This document shows, one piece after another, positions 1 through 13,153 of a DNA stretch of 34,632 nt. The notes beneath the pieces were generated by a model. That model was not told where the DNA came from. It did not search any database and worked only from the letters and a program-made list of their open reading frames with translations. The DNA comes from Basidioascus undulatus (lineage: Eukaryota), in assembly GCA_000826855.1 (NCBI GenBank), contig JTLS01000073.1, positions 1 to 34,632 on the forward strand. Direction: 5' to 3'. How positions within the stretch are numbered: the stretch's first letter is position 1; each line of letters starts with the position of its first letter. The position numbers were made by a program, and so were the translations under genes.

Positions 1-15
1 AAATAACTACTCAGC

Positions 16-87
16 GGGGGGCTGGCGCAATGGTAGCGCGTGCGACTCCAGATCGCAAGGTTATCCGTTCAAGTCGGGTGTCCCTCA
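16..87 (+). tRNA. tRNA-Trp(CCA), intronless
   Basis: Cloverleaf folds by eye: acceptor stem GGGGGGC(16-22)/GTCCCTC(80-86), D arm GCGC-AATGGTA-GCGC, anticodon arm TGCGA-CTCCAGA-TCGCA (CCA at 48-50), T arm ATCCG-TTCAAGT-CGGGT, discriminator A87. Confidence 0.95.
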
Positions 88-118
88 TGGTCAAATTCTT
101 TGTCTTTCTCTGTTAGTC

Positions 119-123
119 TTTTT
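119..123 (+). terminator. Probable Pol III oligo-T terminator of tRNA-Trp
   Basis: TTTTT about 30 nt downstream of the tRNA in a T-rich tract. Confidence 0.5.
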
Positions 124-489
124 CCCCTTCCCTGGGCCGCCCCCTTGGGCTGTATACACTTTTTGATCGACACCTGTCGTTAAGACCTAGCATGTTCATC
201 GCTCTGTACAACAGACCAATGAAGGTTTGATATTCCCACTCAAATCTCATTCAAAGCGACTGACTGTCTCATTGAAAGTAACTACGGAGCTTCGTATGAA
301 CAGCTGATGTCGCCCCGGTGCCAGATGGTGAGTCCTTGTTCTTGGGTATTGCAACATCTGATCGACGTCCCTCACTACGCACTTGCGGTGGTGCGGTTCG
401 GGGACGAGCACTGCGCGGCGCCTGAGTGGGGATTTTATGTGTTTGTGGGGTGAAGGCCAACGTTCAGGCTCGGAAGTTCCACAAAGCAG

Positions 490-3400
490 TCTTCGACATC
501 CTTCTTCCTCTCCCAAGGACTGCAAGAGGTGTTTGACTCAAATCACATCAACTTGCTCAAGAGATAGCGCGGCCGATTCGTAGAGGAAAAGCCAGACAAA
601 TTAGAGACGCGGCGAGGTTGCAGCCGGCGAACGTAGCCCTGAGAAGGACGGCTGCTCAACATCCCAGTCTATGGCTTTTGGAACATAGACGGGTCGCACA
701 TAGGCTAAGTCAATGTCGTTTCAGATGAATGGCCTGGAAACCAAGCACGTTAGCAAGCCTGCACTCAGTGTCGGGCACGTCGGGCAATGCATATGTGAAG
801 AAACCAATCTGCAGGAATTGTGGACAAGACGGTTGGTGAATGCTATGAAAGAGGAAGGGAGGCGGTGGTGAGACGGCTGTGCTTACGAGGAAGTTCCAGA
901 TCTAGAACTGGATGTCCGACTGTCAGTGTGAATTCCGAGACGTACGTTTGGACGGCGAGAGCACCCCAGTTGGCCGCGGTTGCCACGACAGCTTGCTTGG
1001 CGCGGTGACGCATCGGGAACGTCTAGGACGGTACGCATTAGCGATCCCAATTGTCTTTCCGTAAGCATCCTGCTTACTTCTCCGCACAAGATCCAGGAGC
1101 TCGGTCCCCAGTCCTGCGGAGATCGTCAGCGGTTGAAGGCCAGTCTCATAACGGGGGCTTCAACTTACGTGGCGAACCCAGTAATGAAGAAGCAGGCCTT
1201 GTTCAAGAGCCTCAGAATCGAGAATTTCTCCCGCCTATTAGAGTGAACACTCGCGAGCATATCACGAGGTGAGGTTTCCGTAAGGATTTGCCTCCTTGGG
1301 GTTCCCGGCCGTGCCCTATTGAAGCAGCACTGTAAGTCAACTATACAGCTTCGGCCGACTACCTACATCAGGACAGTATGGTACTTACACAGCTGGTATA
1401 GATCAACAACCACGCTGCTTGCCAGAGGCCGCCAATGATGAGGGGCTTGCGACGACCAAAGTTCTCCATGATATAGAGGCCTATGGTGCGAAGTCATCTT
1501 CACTTCACTGCGTGACAAGCTCGGGGCAAGATATGAGGTCGCACCTCCGAAGAGTGTGACGTGACCCCATTGACCGCGCCGGGGGCAATTTGGGTGACAA
1601 AGGGGTCTTTGAGACCAACGTACTCAAAGCTGAGACAGAGGGAGTGAGCTCTGCATCCTGGCCCCCATGATGCCAAGACATAAATCAGCGTACATGGTGG
1701 CGACGAAGTAGCTGAAGAGGGAGTCGTGGAGGCGGTTAGCTAAATCGATGGTGGGCGCCTCTTCCATCTGAAAAGGAAAAAGATGCACAAGAAGTAGCTG
1801 ACGCCCTGTTATACTCCAAAATGTCAACCAACTTTCTCATGACAGTTCAAGTAAATCCTGACGTACCGTAACTATTGGAAGCACATGATAACCGTGATCA
1901 CGAACGAAGGACACGAGGTCCGGTCAGCCACCGAAACGGAGCAGGCACTCACAGTGCGGTAGACGAGCTTGGGCTGGCCTTTCGCGCCGAGGAAGATCTC
2001 GAGCCAAGTGCCCGCACCGATAGTCTCCTCCAACTTGACATGCTCGAGGATCTCCTGGTACTGTTTCCCGCGCGGGCATGCACGTCAGCGAGACCGATGG
2101 GGAGCCGTATCGAGACTGTCGCCTACATCGTGCTTATCACCGCTTGATCAAACTCGGACTTGTTTGTCCGGACCCGGTCGATGGAAGCTTTGGCCTCTCC
2201 TGCCTGTTGTTCTTGATGAGCCACCGGGGACTGTCGCATATGGGTACTGGGTCAGGAAAGTTCGCACAGTTTTGGAATTTTGGAGTCAAGCGAGGCAATG
2301 TCCTTACCTTTCAGGCGACAGCCAGATGCCCAACCCAAGTTTGAACACGAATACTTATCCCAGTCCGATGATTCTAAAGCCAATCGCAAGAGCGCCTCAG
2401 TCGAGCCTCGTAGGATGAGCGATGAGGCGATGCACTCACGCTCGCCAACTGTCGGAGTTGTGTATCCTACGGGTCCCGGTGCAGAAACAGTATGCCAACA
2501 AGCTGGTTGAGGTAAGTAGAATAAGCTGAGGACTTCAAATGGAGTTTAAGTGGCCAAAACGTCCATGCCGAGTGTTACAAAGAGCTGGTAAGATGCCACC
2601 GCTGTGCCCCGGAACACAGCAACGACTGTTTCGGACATATACATCGGTACTCTGGGAATAAAGTCAATTCAAATGAACTCAATGTACACCTAGTTTAATC
2701 ATCCGAGAACACTTGACTCACGCAGCAGAAAGACTGCCGGCCCACTGCGATCTGTTGCCAGCATTCGAACGCTTTGAGCGCGCAAAAGGACGCACATGTT
2801 CCAAGGATTAGCGATGTGTTCCTTTTGTACATGTTTCCAGTAAATGTTCAATGGGGACTAACCAGTAATTTGGACGAGCAGGCCGATTCCGAGCATCCCG
2901 CATTCGAGCGAGATGGCCATCGTGCGATCCGCTTGTCCGCGACCGGCGCGCCACCCAGAGCTCCGTCTGGCATCTTACCATATGTTAGCCTGAGAATTAC
3001 CAAAGAAATGAATGGACCAGAGCAGAGTAAAGACTCGCCATTGTGCCTATTGACAAGAGGCTCACGATCAGGCCGCTGGGAAGTGGAAGGACTTCAGTCC
3101 GGCCCTCGACCAAACCTCACAAGTCGGATGTGCTCGCTCACTTTCTGACATTTGAATAACCATATATTCCATTGGGGTTGTGTTTGTCTGCGAAACGTTC
3201 TTGGACTGAAAGTGTGTGGTGAGCGCCATTCAGACACAGCACCGCCCCCAGCATTCAATGCGAGTAATGAGCCTACTCACAGTCTCGCATCAAGACGATA
3301 TCGGCTACCCATCCCCACGTCAGCATGTGCCCGAGTTCTATGGCCATTACGTTACAGGGGGGCCTCAAACATACAGATCTGGCCGGTATCAACCCGCGGC

Positions 3401-3887
3401 AGGGAGAGTCAGCCGGTGCGTAAGTTACGGGAAGTGCAGTGACCTCGTCTGCTCGCCTGTTTCATAGCCCTGAAAATGCAACTTATGAGCTCCATATGCT
3501 GTTAGAATTGAAACTCTCACTCACAAACAGTAACCCGGCGAAGCAAGGTTTGCAGTCATTCGGACTAGATCAGCCGGGAGCCTTGACGACCGTGGCAAGA
3601 AAGACACGCACATCACGGCGATGGAGATGTTTGACGGGCGGACTGGTTGCCCTCGAATTGTAAAGATCAGTGTTATAGCTTGTTGATTCCTGTGTGATGG
3701 TGGAACAAGAAGTGGCCGCCTCTTCCTTTATACGATCGTCTGCGGCGGCCAGGAACAACGCGGACAAGAGCAGCGGACCTGTACACCTCGCGAACCGTCG
3801 TCCATCATCTTTTCGCGGCCGTGCCAAAAGCTGCTGATCCATGTGGGAACTTCCCGAGCCGTAGGAGACGAATGGGCCGCGTGTCAT
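490..3887 (-). pseudogene. Sugar porter (MFS hexose transporter) pseudogene, >20 short exons
   Basis: Manual splicing recovers colinear sugar-porter motifs: DTGQISD (~3390-3300), GLIVSLLSIGT, GALGGAPVADK, VPMYMSET..RGTAVASYQLFVTLG, PESPRWL (~2310-2220), YQEILEHVKLEE, VGLKDPFVTQI, MENFGRRKPLIIGGLWQ (~1470-1420), ETFPMRHRAKQ..ATAANW, WNFLIGFFTPFI, YESAALSLEQVD (~580-547). It has premature stops (2355-2357, 721-723), several frameshifts, deletions and mutated splice donors. Both ends are approximate. Confidence 0.9.
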
Positions 3888-5723
3888 GGGAATAACCTCG
3901 TCCCATGCCTTGTCCAGCTTGTTGCAAGCGCAGACAAGAGGCAGTTTCTATTTTGTCGCTGAGCCCCGGCGGAGGCTCCACAACTTTCCGACGAGCTCAA
4001 CGAGGGGAGCACCGGAGTCGGAGCGGAGCTGGAAACCGTGCGAAGACTGGGCCCCACCAAATCTCCAACGGGGTAAAGCAGTCAGTGTGGGCCGCACGCA
4101 GGTGGGATGTGCTGCGGGGATGTGGGCTCCGCGGCGTCCGCAGGGCAAGTCGAGCCGGAGCACGCAAAAGAGAGCATGACGGTAGGAGCTTGCTGCCCGC
4201 AAGAAAACGCACGAAGCAATCATGAGAAAGCTTGGTCGCGTATCCGTGTAATGTATGCTGGAGGGAACCTTTTCGACTGATCTGGTAGGCAGGTCGTTAG
4301 TCCACCTAAACACGCTGAGGCGGCAGGCATGCAGGTGCGTGCAACCATTCGGTGTTTCCCATTCTCTCTCAAAGTCACACCCGGAAGATGAACATTGGGA
4401 GCCATACAGAGTCCAGAGGATTGGGGACTACCATGCCGTTCCAGAATAATGAGTTGAGTCTCCGCACTGTTCAGTCGACCTGGGGACCATCTCACAAGGT
4501 CTCACAAGGCTGACGATCGCAACGTAGTTACTACATCTAGTGCTGTGGGTGGCCGTGAGCCATTTCCGTGCAACAAAATTTTCCAACCTATAACTCTGTC
4601 AGGGTGAAAAAATTACCCGATAAGGGTACTTGCAGATGCCGAGAAGGATGATGACCCGAGCCCAAGTTCTGTGTGGGTCATTGAATTCGAAAGTACCGAA
4701 GAAAAGACGAACTGCATCTGCCTGTTTCAATGAAACAGCATGTTTCCAGTACAACCTCGGTAAATGAAATTTGCAGAGTGCCAGTATATCAATACACAAG
4801 CCAACCATATGTGCATGTCATTGAGCGATGCGGCCGTTTCCCCTCCGGTTGTTTTCGACTGGCCTTGCCTGGCCTCCACAGCTGCGCTTTGTTTCAATCG
4901 ACATGGGTTGCCAAGAGCGATACACACCTGAATTAAAGCCTGGGAGTATCCGCTAACCTAAAGCCTGCAAATCTCCCCTTTCGCTTGTTTTGTGACGCTC
5001 GAACGTGCAGGTTGGTAGAAACCCCTCAACATCAGCAAGCGAATGGTGGTTGTCCTAGGAGGTCTCATGGCTTTCCACATAAGCATTGCACCTACTCCAT
5101 TACGGTATCAATCAATATAAGAAACGGAAAGACGCAAGTCCGCCGCAAAGTGGCCTGGTTTTTCGGTTCGCTATCATGATCGGCGGGGACTGTACTTACA
5201 CGTTTGACCACACTCACTGTTATGCGGGTCAGGGCAAGGACCCAGGCTAATCAGAGTATCACTTGAAGCTTGTCTGTAGCTAGGCGCCCTGAGGAAGCAA
5301 GATGGCATCTTTCGCGTGCTGACCATGTTGGCTGTTCATTGAAGTTTTGTTTGTGTTGAGACGCGGCACGCCCTCGGAGGGACCGTGGATTGCGTGGGAG
5401 TTTGGCAAGACAAGCACTCAGCCGCCTGCTTTGCATCACCAACCATCACCTCATCCCATCACTCTCCACGCTTTCGCAGACTTCTCCGTAGAGCGAAATC
5501 TGTGGCGGTCACGCTCGGACTATACGCAACACCGTCATCTAGCTCTTTGAGCCGGGCGAGCTTCTGTTGGCGAGGCATCGAGTGCAGCATTCCGGTGGCG
5601 GACATCGTCACTGTGATTCTTCACGTATCAACTCCAAGCGAGGCTGGGGGCTCACACCTCGACGTAGAGTACAGACGAAACATATCATCACCCCGCTAGG
5701 TTACGAGGAGCGAGCTGCCTATC

Positions 5724-8700
5724 ATGGCGAACCGGGCGGACAAGTTCGCGTTTCTGTCGATGCAGGCGCCTGCGTCTTATGTCGCTGGTCTCGGTCGTGG
5801 GTACGTCTAATCTGGTCTTTTACCTTCCGCTTGTCTCCTTCCAACTCCGTCTGACTCCATTCCACTTCCTTTTCCCATACCTGCAGTGCCTCAGGCTTCA
5901 CGACCCGGTCCGACATCGGTCCGGCCCGCGAGTCGGGCAAGATGGTCGAGGCTGTGTCGGACCTACCCAAGGAGGAGGAGTACGATCCGGACCAGTTCCA
6001 GGATCCGGAGAACGAGACGGGCTTGTTCGCCGGCATGGTGTACGAGCAAGACGACGAGGAGGCGGACCGGATCTACGACGCGGTGGACAGGGAGATGGAC
6101 GAGCGAAGGCGGGCGAGAAGGTACATGAAACGTCGCGAGGGATTCAAGGGGAAACTGACTCGAGAAGCTGACCGTTTGCGAGTGTTAAATAGGGAGGCCG
6201 CGGAAAAGGCCGCGCACGCTGCGCACCTCGCTGCGAACCCGAAGATCCAGACGCAGTTCGCCGATCTCAAGCGGCAGCTCTCCGTCGTCTCGGACGCCGA
6301 GTGGCAGGCGCTTCCGGAGGTTGGGAACCTCACAGGCAAGCGGCGGAAGAAGAACATGCAGAACGACCGGAGCTACGCCGTCCCCGATTCGGTCCTCATC
6401 GGCGCGCGTGACAAGAACCAGTACGAGACGAGCTTGGACGAAGGGCAGATGGTGAGTTTTAGTTTGGAATATGACGCGTCGGGAACGGGCGGAGGGACTG
6501 ACTTGGCGTTTGGCCGGGGTTTGCAGGAGGGCGGCATCGTCACGCCTGCTAACAGCGGGACGATCACGAACCTCGTCGAAATCGGTCAAGCGCGTGACAA
6601 GGTCCTCTCTCTGAAGCTCGATCAGGTCCGTCAACTTGCCCATCTGTGCATATCCCGCCTAGGCAGGCGCTCACGTTTTGTCCCCTTTCTTCCCCACAGC
6701 TCTCCGGCACCGTCTCCGCGGCAGGCACGTCCTCCACCATCGATCCCAAGGGCTACCTGACGGACCTCAACTCTGTCGTGCTTAAGTCGGACGCCGAGAT
6801 CGGCGACATCAAGAAGGCGCGCGCGCTTCTCGACTCGGTGATCCGGACCAACCCGAAGCACGCGCCCGGCTGGATCGCCGCAGCGCGTGTCGAGGAGGTC
6901 GCTGGACGGATGGTCGCGGCGCGGAAGATCATCGCGCAGGGCTGCGATAACTGCCCCAGGGCGGAGGACGTTTGGCTGGAGGCGGCTAGACTGAACGTGA
7001 GTTAGTGCTTCGCGGTGTGAGGAGGACCGGAATGGGCGCTGATGCTTCGTGGGGAGAACAGGTCAACGCGGACGCGAAGGTCATCCTCGCCAACGCGGTG
7101 CAGCAGCTCTCGACGTCCGTCAAGATTTGGCTGAAGGCGATGGAGCTCGAGACGGTGACGAAGGCGAAGAAGCGCGTTCTTCGCAAAGGTGAGTACCCTT
7201 TCCACAACGCGGCCATGCTTTCTGTTCGCAGCTGATCGTAACCGTCTTTCTTTCTAGCTATCGAGTACATCCCCAACTCCGTTAAGCTCTGGAAGGAGGC
7301 CGTCAACCTCGAGGACAACCCCGACGACGCGCGCATCCTCCTCGCCCGCGCCGTTGAAGTGATCCCCTCCTCCGTCGAGCTCTGGCTCGCCCTCGCACGT
7401 CTGGAGACGCCCGAAAACGCGAAGAAGGTCATCAACAAGGCGCGCAAGACGATCCCGACCTCGCACGAGATCTGGATCGCCGCGGGCCGGCTGCAGGAGC
7501 AGCAGGGCACGCCCGCCGCGGACGTGGACAAGCTCATCGCGAAGGGCGTGCACGATCTGCGCGCGGCGGGCGCGATCCTGAGCCGCGAGCAGTGGCTCAA
7601 GGAGGCCGAGCGCGTCGAGGCGGAGGGCAGCCCGCTCACGACGGGCGCGATCGTCAAGGCCACCGTGCACCAGGACGTCGAGGAGGAGGACCGCTTTGCG
7701 GTGTGGACGGAGGATGCGGACGCCTGCGTCGAGAGGGGATCGATCGAGACAGCCAGGGCCATCCTCGCTTACGCGCTCAAGGTCTTCCCCGATCGCCCCA
7801 GGCTCTGGCGAAAGGCGGCCGATTTGGAAAAGAGTCACGGCACTGCGTGCGTCGATATTTTTTTCCTTCCTGATCTTCTTACACGGTGGCTAATTACCTT
7901 GCTTGTGTCATTCCCCCCTTTCCAGGGACGCGCTGCAAGCCATCCTCGCCACCGCTGTGCGGTACTGCAAGCGCGCCGAGGTTCTCTGGCTCATGTCGGC
8001 CAAGGAGTACTGGCGCGCCGGCGACGTCGCCTCGGCCCGTCGCGTCCTAGGCGACGCTTTCGCGGCGAACCCCGACTCGGAGATGGTCTGGCTCGCAGCT
8101 GTCAAGCTCGAGGCGGAGAACGGGCAGATTGAGAACGCGCGCAAGCTGCTGAACCGCGCAAGGGAGCAAGCCAGTACCGAGGGGGTGCGTGTTTCTTGTC
8201 GCTCCTCCTTACCCCTTGCACTCCACTTATACTGGCGTGTGCCGCGCAAATCTGGTGGTCAGATCTGGATGAAGTCGGCGGTCTTCGAGCGGCAACACGG
8301 CGACCCAGCGGAGGCGCTCGAGACCGTTACGGAGGCGCTCGCCAAGTTCCCCTCCTTCGACAAGCTGCACATGATCAAGGGCCAGATCTTGCACGCCAGG
8401 GGCGACATCCCTGGCGCGCGCGAAGCGTACGCGAAGGGCGTCAAGGCCGCGCCGCACTCGGTCCCGCTCTGGATCCTCGCGAGTCGACTCGAGGAGGAGG
8501 CCAAGGTCACGATCAAGGCGCGCGCGCTGCTCGAGAAGGCCAGGCAGCTCAACCCGAAGAACTCGGAGCTGTGGGCCGAGACCGTCAAGGTCGAGGAGCG
8601 CGCGGGCTCCCAAACTCAAGCGAAGACGATGCTTGCTCGGGGTACGCTTTGTTTGACTTTTCTCGCTTTAGGAAACTGTCAGCTGACGATGCGCTATTGT

Positions 8701-9195
8701 GACTGTCCGCTTTACAGCCCTTCAAGAGTGCCCGACATCCGGCCTGCTGTGGTCCATGTCGATCTGGATGGAGCCGCGGCCGTCGCGCAAGACGCGCTCG
8801 GTCGACGCGCTCAAGAAGAGTGGCGACGACCCCGTCATCATCGTCACCGTCGCGCGCCTGTTCTGGGGCGAGCGCAAGCTCGACAAGGCGCGCCAGTGGT
8901 TCCACCGCGCGGCGCACGCCAACAAGGACCTTGGCGACTCGTGGGCGTGGTGGTACAAGTTTGAGTGCGAGGCGGGCACGAAGGTGAGAATTGCTCATTG
9001 TCATGTGCGAGAACGCGATGAGCTGACATTGTTTGATGTGCGGCGGAACAGGAGCAGCAGGAGGCCGTCGTCGAGCAGTGCGTTGCGGCGGAGCCGCATC
9101 ATTCGCCGACGTGGCAGGCCGTTTCGAAGGACTTGAAGAACCAGGGCAAGAAGATACCGGAGATCTTGAAGCTGGTTGCGTTGGAGCTGCGGTGA
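5724..9195 (+). CDS. PRP6: Pre-mRNA splicing factor Prp6 (U4/U6.U5 tri-snRNP HAT/TPR protein), multi-exon
   Basis: N-terminus MANRADKFAFLSMQAPASYVAGLGRG/ASGFTTRSDIGPA, then QFADLKRQL, DPKGYLTDL, DIKKARALLDSVIRTNPKHAPGWIAAAR, many HAT repeats, and C-terminal AAEPHHSPTWQAVSKD ending in TGA 9193-9195. GT-AG introns keep the frame where checked. Confidence 0.96.
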
Positions 9196-9387
9196 AACGG
9201 GAGCGCGCTTCCGGGGAGCGGGGGGAGGGGCAGGTGTAGCGGCTTGCTGATCTTGCAAGGGTTGATTGAAAGCATGTGCTTTTTATGTTGTTGAACTCGA
9301 ACTTTGTTCATCGTCTGCGCCACTAATGTGCTCAGTATGCGAAAACAAGCTGTTGCATTTTGCACAGGCTCGCTCTTGTAACTTGGG

Positions 9388-11194
9388 TTACAGGCGTTCG
9401 CACTCGACTTTCCGGCGTGTGGTCTGCGGCTCTGCAAACTCCCTGGCACAATGCTCCATGATGTGTTCATGTTTGAGGTCACAGCCGCTCGACCACTTCC
9501 GCCAGCCCCCGCTCGCCTCTCTTGTCAAGTACGCCGTGTTACGCAGCTTCCTCAACCGCTCCGCGACTTCCTCGCCTGCCCAGTGCACCTCGACCAGCCC
9601 TGACCCTGCGTGAACGTCGCCTTTGTCGACAGGAATATGGCATAGGCCGCCGAGGAAGTCCATGAAGAGCTTCGTGCAGATCGAGTCGTGCGTGAAGGCG
9701 AGGTAGTGCGGCGCGGAGGGGATGATGTGCATAGTTGGGGCGGTCGCTATCAGCGTGTGCATATAGATCTGCGAATGATCTACCAAGTTTCAGCGTTCCT
9801 GGGACTGTTTCATGCTGTATTGGCAGTGAAGGACCTCGGCAGACGTCTCGGGAGGAAGAGCATGTCGTCGGCTGCGAGGGAGATGACGATAGTTCAGTAC
9901 GACCTGACCGTAATGGCAAAGGAGCGGATTTTCACACCGCCCTGTATCAGCAATACTGGCATGGTGATATTCACAGTCTGCTCGGGAGTCAGCGGCACTC
10001 GATCTGTCGCGCTCGACCACTGCCGTTGAAGATACGTTATTTCGACTCCTCGCTGATGTTCGAAATGCAGCTCGCCTCACCTGCTTCCGCAATGCCCGAT
10101 GCCGCACCGATTGCGCGCCATAGTCCGCCTCCCACTTCTCCGCCATCTCAGTGCAGATATTCTGGTCGGCGAACGCGCCGTAGAACATTGAGTAGGGCAT
10201 ATATGACTGTCGAGAGTTGTTAGCTACGGCCTACGAGCGAAGAAACAGCCGCATCTACTCACCCTCGATCGGGAATTCTGGGAGTATAAAGATAGACCGT
10301 CCGCATCTGAAACATCAGTAACTCTGCAAGTGAGCTAGCGCCTGCGAATACGTTGCGCACCGTCTGAAGCACACGCCATGTCCACCAGGCCCTGGAGCTG
10401 TTCCCGTCGTTCTGGGCTCTATGTCGGGAAGTAGACCAAACTTAGATTTGATTCGGATATAAGCAGATGCCAATTTTTACACTCACATCCACCGGACTAT
10501 GCACGCCGGCGAGCGTCAGCGTGAGGCACATTTCAGGGTGCGCAGCGGCGAGTCGACGCGCTATAAGGCTGCCCATGCTTGCTCCGAAGATGTGCGCCTA
10601 TAAAAACAAACCAGTCAGTCTCAGCGTCGTGTGTGGTTGGTCCAGGCTCGCCTGACCTTCTCCACGCATAGAGCACGCATTGCCTGTGCAGTGTCTTCCG
10701 CGGAGACCTCGTCAGACTATGGACCGAGAGACACGGTTCTTTTAACCCTCAATCAACTTACATCGTAAGAGTATGGCTTGTCGTCGAGCGGCGCCATAGT
10801 TCGTCCTTGATACCGATGGTCGATGGCGAGCTGCGTCAAAAAGAGGGTAAGGACTTTCTGCCGGAACTCTGCTTTCAGTTTCACTGACTAGGTTGAAGTT
10901 GGACGTGAGCTGCGCAAGTTGAAGAATGTAGGATGAGCCATTGATGTCAGTTCTGCCAGCAGCATTTGATGCAGTCGGACGCACGACAGGGTCTGCAGAT
11001 TGCTTGGAGAAGAAGGAGGAGTCGGCAAGAGGAGGGCTATGACACGACCGTCAGCGCCCTATGGTGCTTTTTAACAGTCCAGTCCGAACGAACTGAAGGA
11101 ATACAATTGTCTCCTTAGAGGTATCGAAGGGCCCCAAAGGTAAGCGAGTGTAGCACACAGCCACGTCTTCGGAGAGGCGGACGAAAGGAGGCAT
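9388..11194 (-). CDS. Alpha/beta-fold hydrolase, about 10 exons, one apparent frameshift (possible recent pseudogene)
   Basis: Spliced product has TIVFLHP, FNL/LAIDHRYQGRT, nucleophile elbow HIFGASMG (~10590-10570), ITMPVLLIQG/ADD (catalytic Asp) and IIPSAPHYL (catalytic His). The exon at ~9835-9871 needs one extra base to join the last exon. Confidence 0.8.
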
Positions 11195-11974
11195 GGTAGG
11201 CCGAACGCGGTCGAGGAGGGTGAGTATCGCGAGAGTAGGGAGACGATTCGAGGTGAAACGAGCGGAATGAGAAGCATGAGTGAAGCCAGCAACATCGAAC
11301 TCGTCCGCCACGCGAATCTTGGGGCGCGTACAAAGTTCTGAAGGATCAACTCCATAAATTAGGACGTCCGTGCACCAGGGCGACATAGACTGCCGAAGCC
11401 CGATTTGGCCGTTCTTGTGAAGGTCGGCCGCCGATACGTTTGTAAGCTGGATGGGCACGGCGACCTTCAAGCGTTCAACACCACAAATCGTGCTGTCAAG
11501 CTCATTTGTTGGGTCAGGAGGCCCACTTGGTCTTCGGGCGGCGTTGATCAGGCTTTGATCAAGCTCACTGGCGGCTGTCGGGCCCGCTTTGGGTCAGTGT
11601 AGAATTGAATCTTCTGGATGGTTTTGACCAAGGCTTGAAGATACAATGGTCCACCAGATGGCAAGAACCGAACAGTCGGGAGAGTGTGCAGCCCTGTTCG
11701 AGACGGTCAGGCGAGCAAGCCGGGGTGACCCAGTATATGAATGTGACTGGAAACCAAAAATATTTTGAGAATGTCCACTGATAAAAAGGCGGCTGAGTAG
11801 TGCGAGTGGTAGATTTCTCGACAATACTTGGCTAGAAAAGGAGGAGGATAGAATTGGATAGAAGGCGACTTGCAGCCCAGGCGGGGGTACCGCGGATGCT
11901 CACACGGAACGATCGCCCTGATCGCCCCGCCGTGTCTTCTCGTTTCGTCGTTGACCTTCACCGAGTCTGCAGCT

Positions 11975-13153
11975 ATGCTCACTCGCATCACCACCCGCTC
12001 CGCCGCCCGAGCAATCTCCAGAGCGGCGTATTCCACGTCGACCTCGACCCCCCCGCCGTTCCCGGCCGCACAACCGGCGGAGCCCAACGCGAACCTGCTT
12101 TCTCCCCCGCCTGCGAGCGATGCCCCGTTCAAGGAGACGCACTTCGGGTTCAGGACTGTTGCGGAGGACATGAAGGAGAGCCTGGGTAAGATCTAATATG
12201 CTCGGATTGTATCTGTACTGGCTTAATTGAAGCTCCCTTGCACAACAGTCGGCGGCGTCTTCAGCTCCGTCGCTGCCTCGTACGATGTCATGAACGACGC
12301 CATGTCGCTCGGCATCCACCGCCTCTGGAAGGACCACTTCATCACCTCCCTCGACCCGCGAGGTCTTTCCACTTCCGACCCTGAGGTCATCGAGCGCGAC
12401 GGCGGGGGCGGCCTCAATGTGATCGACATGGCGGGCGGCACGGGCGACATCGCGCAGCGCATCCTCGACAATGCGCGCCTGAAGCACGCTGACCGGAGCG
12501 TGCGTGTGACCGTCATGGACATCAATGCGGACATGCTTCAGGAGGGGAAGAGGCGGGCGAGGCAGAGCATCTACCACGGCAGTACGTCTTCTCGCTGAGG
12601 GCTCCAGCGGAGCTTCGGAGGTTCGAGGGACTGAAGGGACGCTCGTTGGACTTCATCAGCCAACCAGCTCAAGTTCGAGCAGGCAAACGCGGAGGAGCTT
12701 GCGCATGTGCCGGACAACACGGTGGACCTCTACACCATCGCGTTCGGCATCCGCAACTGCACGCACATCGACCGTGTCCTCTCCGAGGCGCACCGCGTCC
12801 TCAAGCCCGGCGGCGCCTTTGCCTGCCTCGAGTTCGGCAAAGTCGGAAACCCTGTTCTCTCCACGTATGTCCCTAATGCCTCTGTGGAACTTGTCCTCAC
12901 CTCCAAGCTAACGCGTGCGTCCTTTCATAGTCTCTACTCCCAGTACTCCTTTAACGTCATCCCCACTCTCGGCCACCTCATCGCCGGCGACCGCGAGTCG
13001 TACCAGTATCTCGTCGAGTCGATCGAGCGCTTCCCGTCGCAGCCCGCGTTTGCGCAGATGATGCGCGATGCCGGGTTCCGCGTCGCGGGCAAGCAGGGCT
13101 GGGAGGACCTGACGGGCGGTATCGCCAGCATCTGGAGGGGAGTGAAGGTCTGA
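11975..13153 (+). CDS. COQ5: Coq5 ubiquinone biosynthesis C-methyltransferase (UbiE family), mitochondrial, 4 exons
   Basis: R/S/T-rich presequence, then THFGFRTV, VFSSVAASYDVMNDAMSLGIHRLWKD, DMAGGTGDIA, YTIAFGIRNCTH, VLKPGG..CLEF and YQYLVESIERFP. Three GT-AG introns keep the frame. Confidence 0.96.

Noticed and set aside
6073..9258. Long antisense and alternate-frame ORFs over PRP6 (similar ones lie over CUL1, COQ5 and the glucoamylase)
   Set aside because: These are shadow ORFs expected from GC3-rich codon usage, with no motifs of their own.
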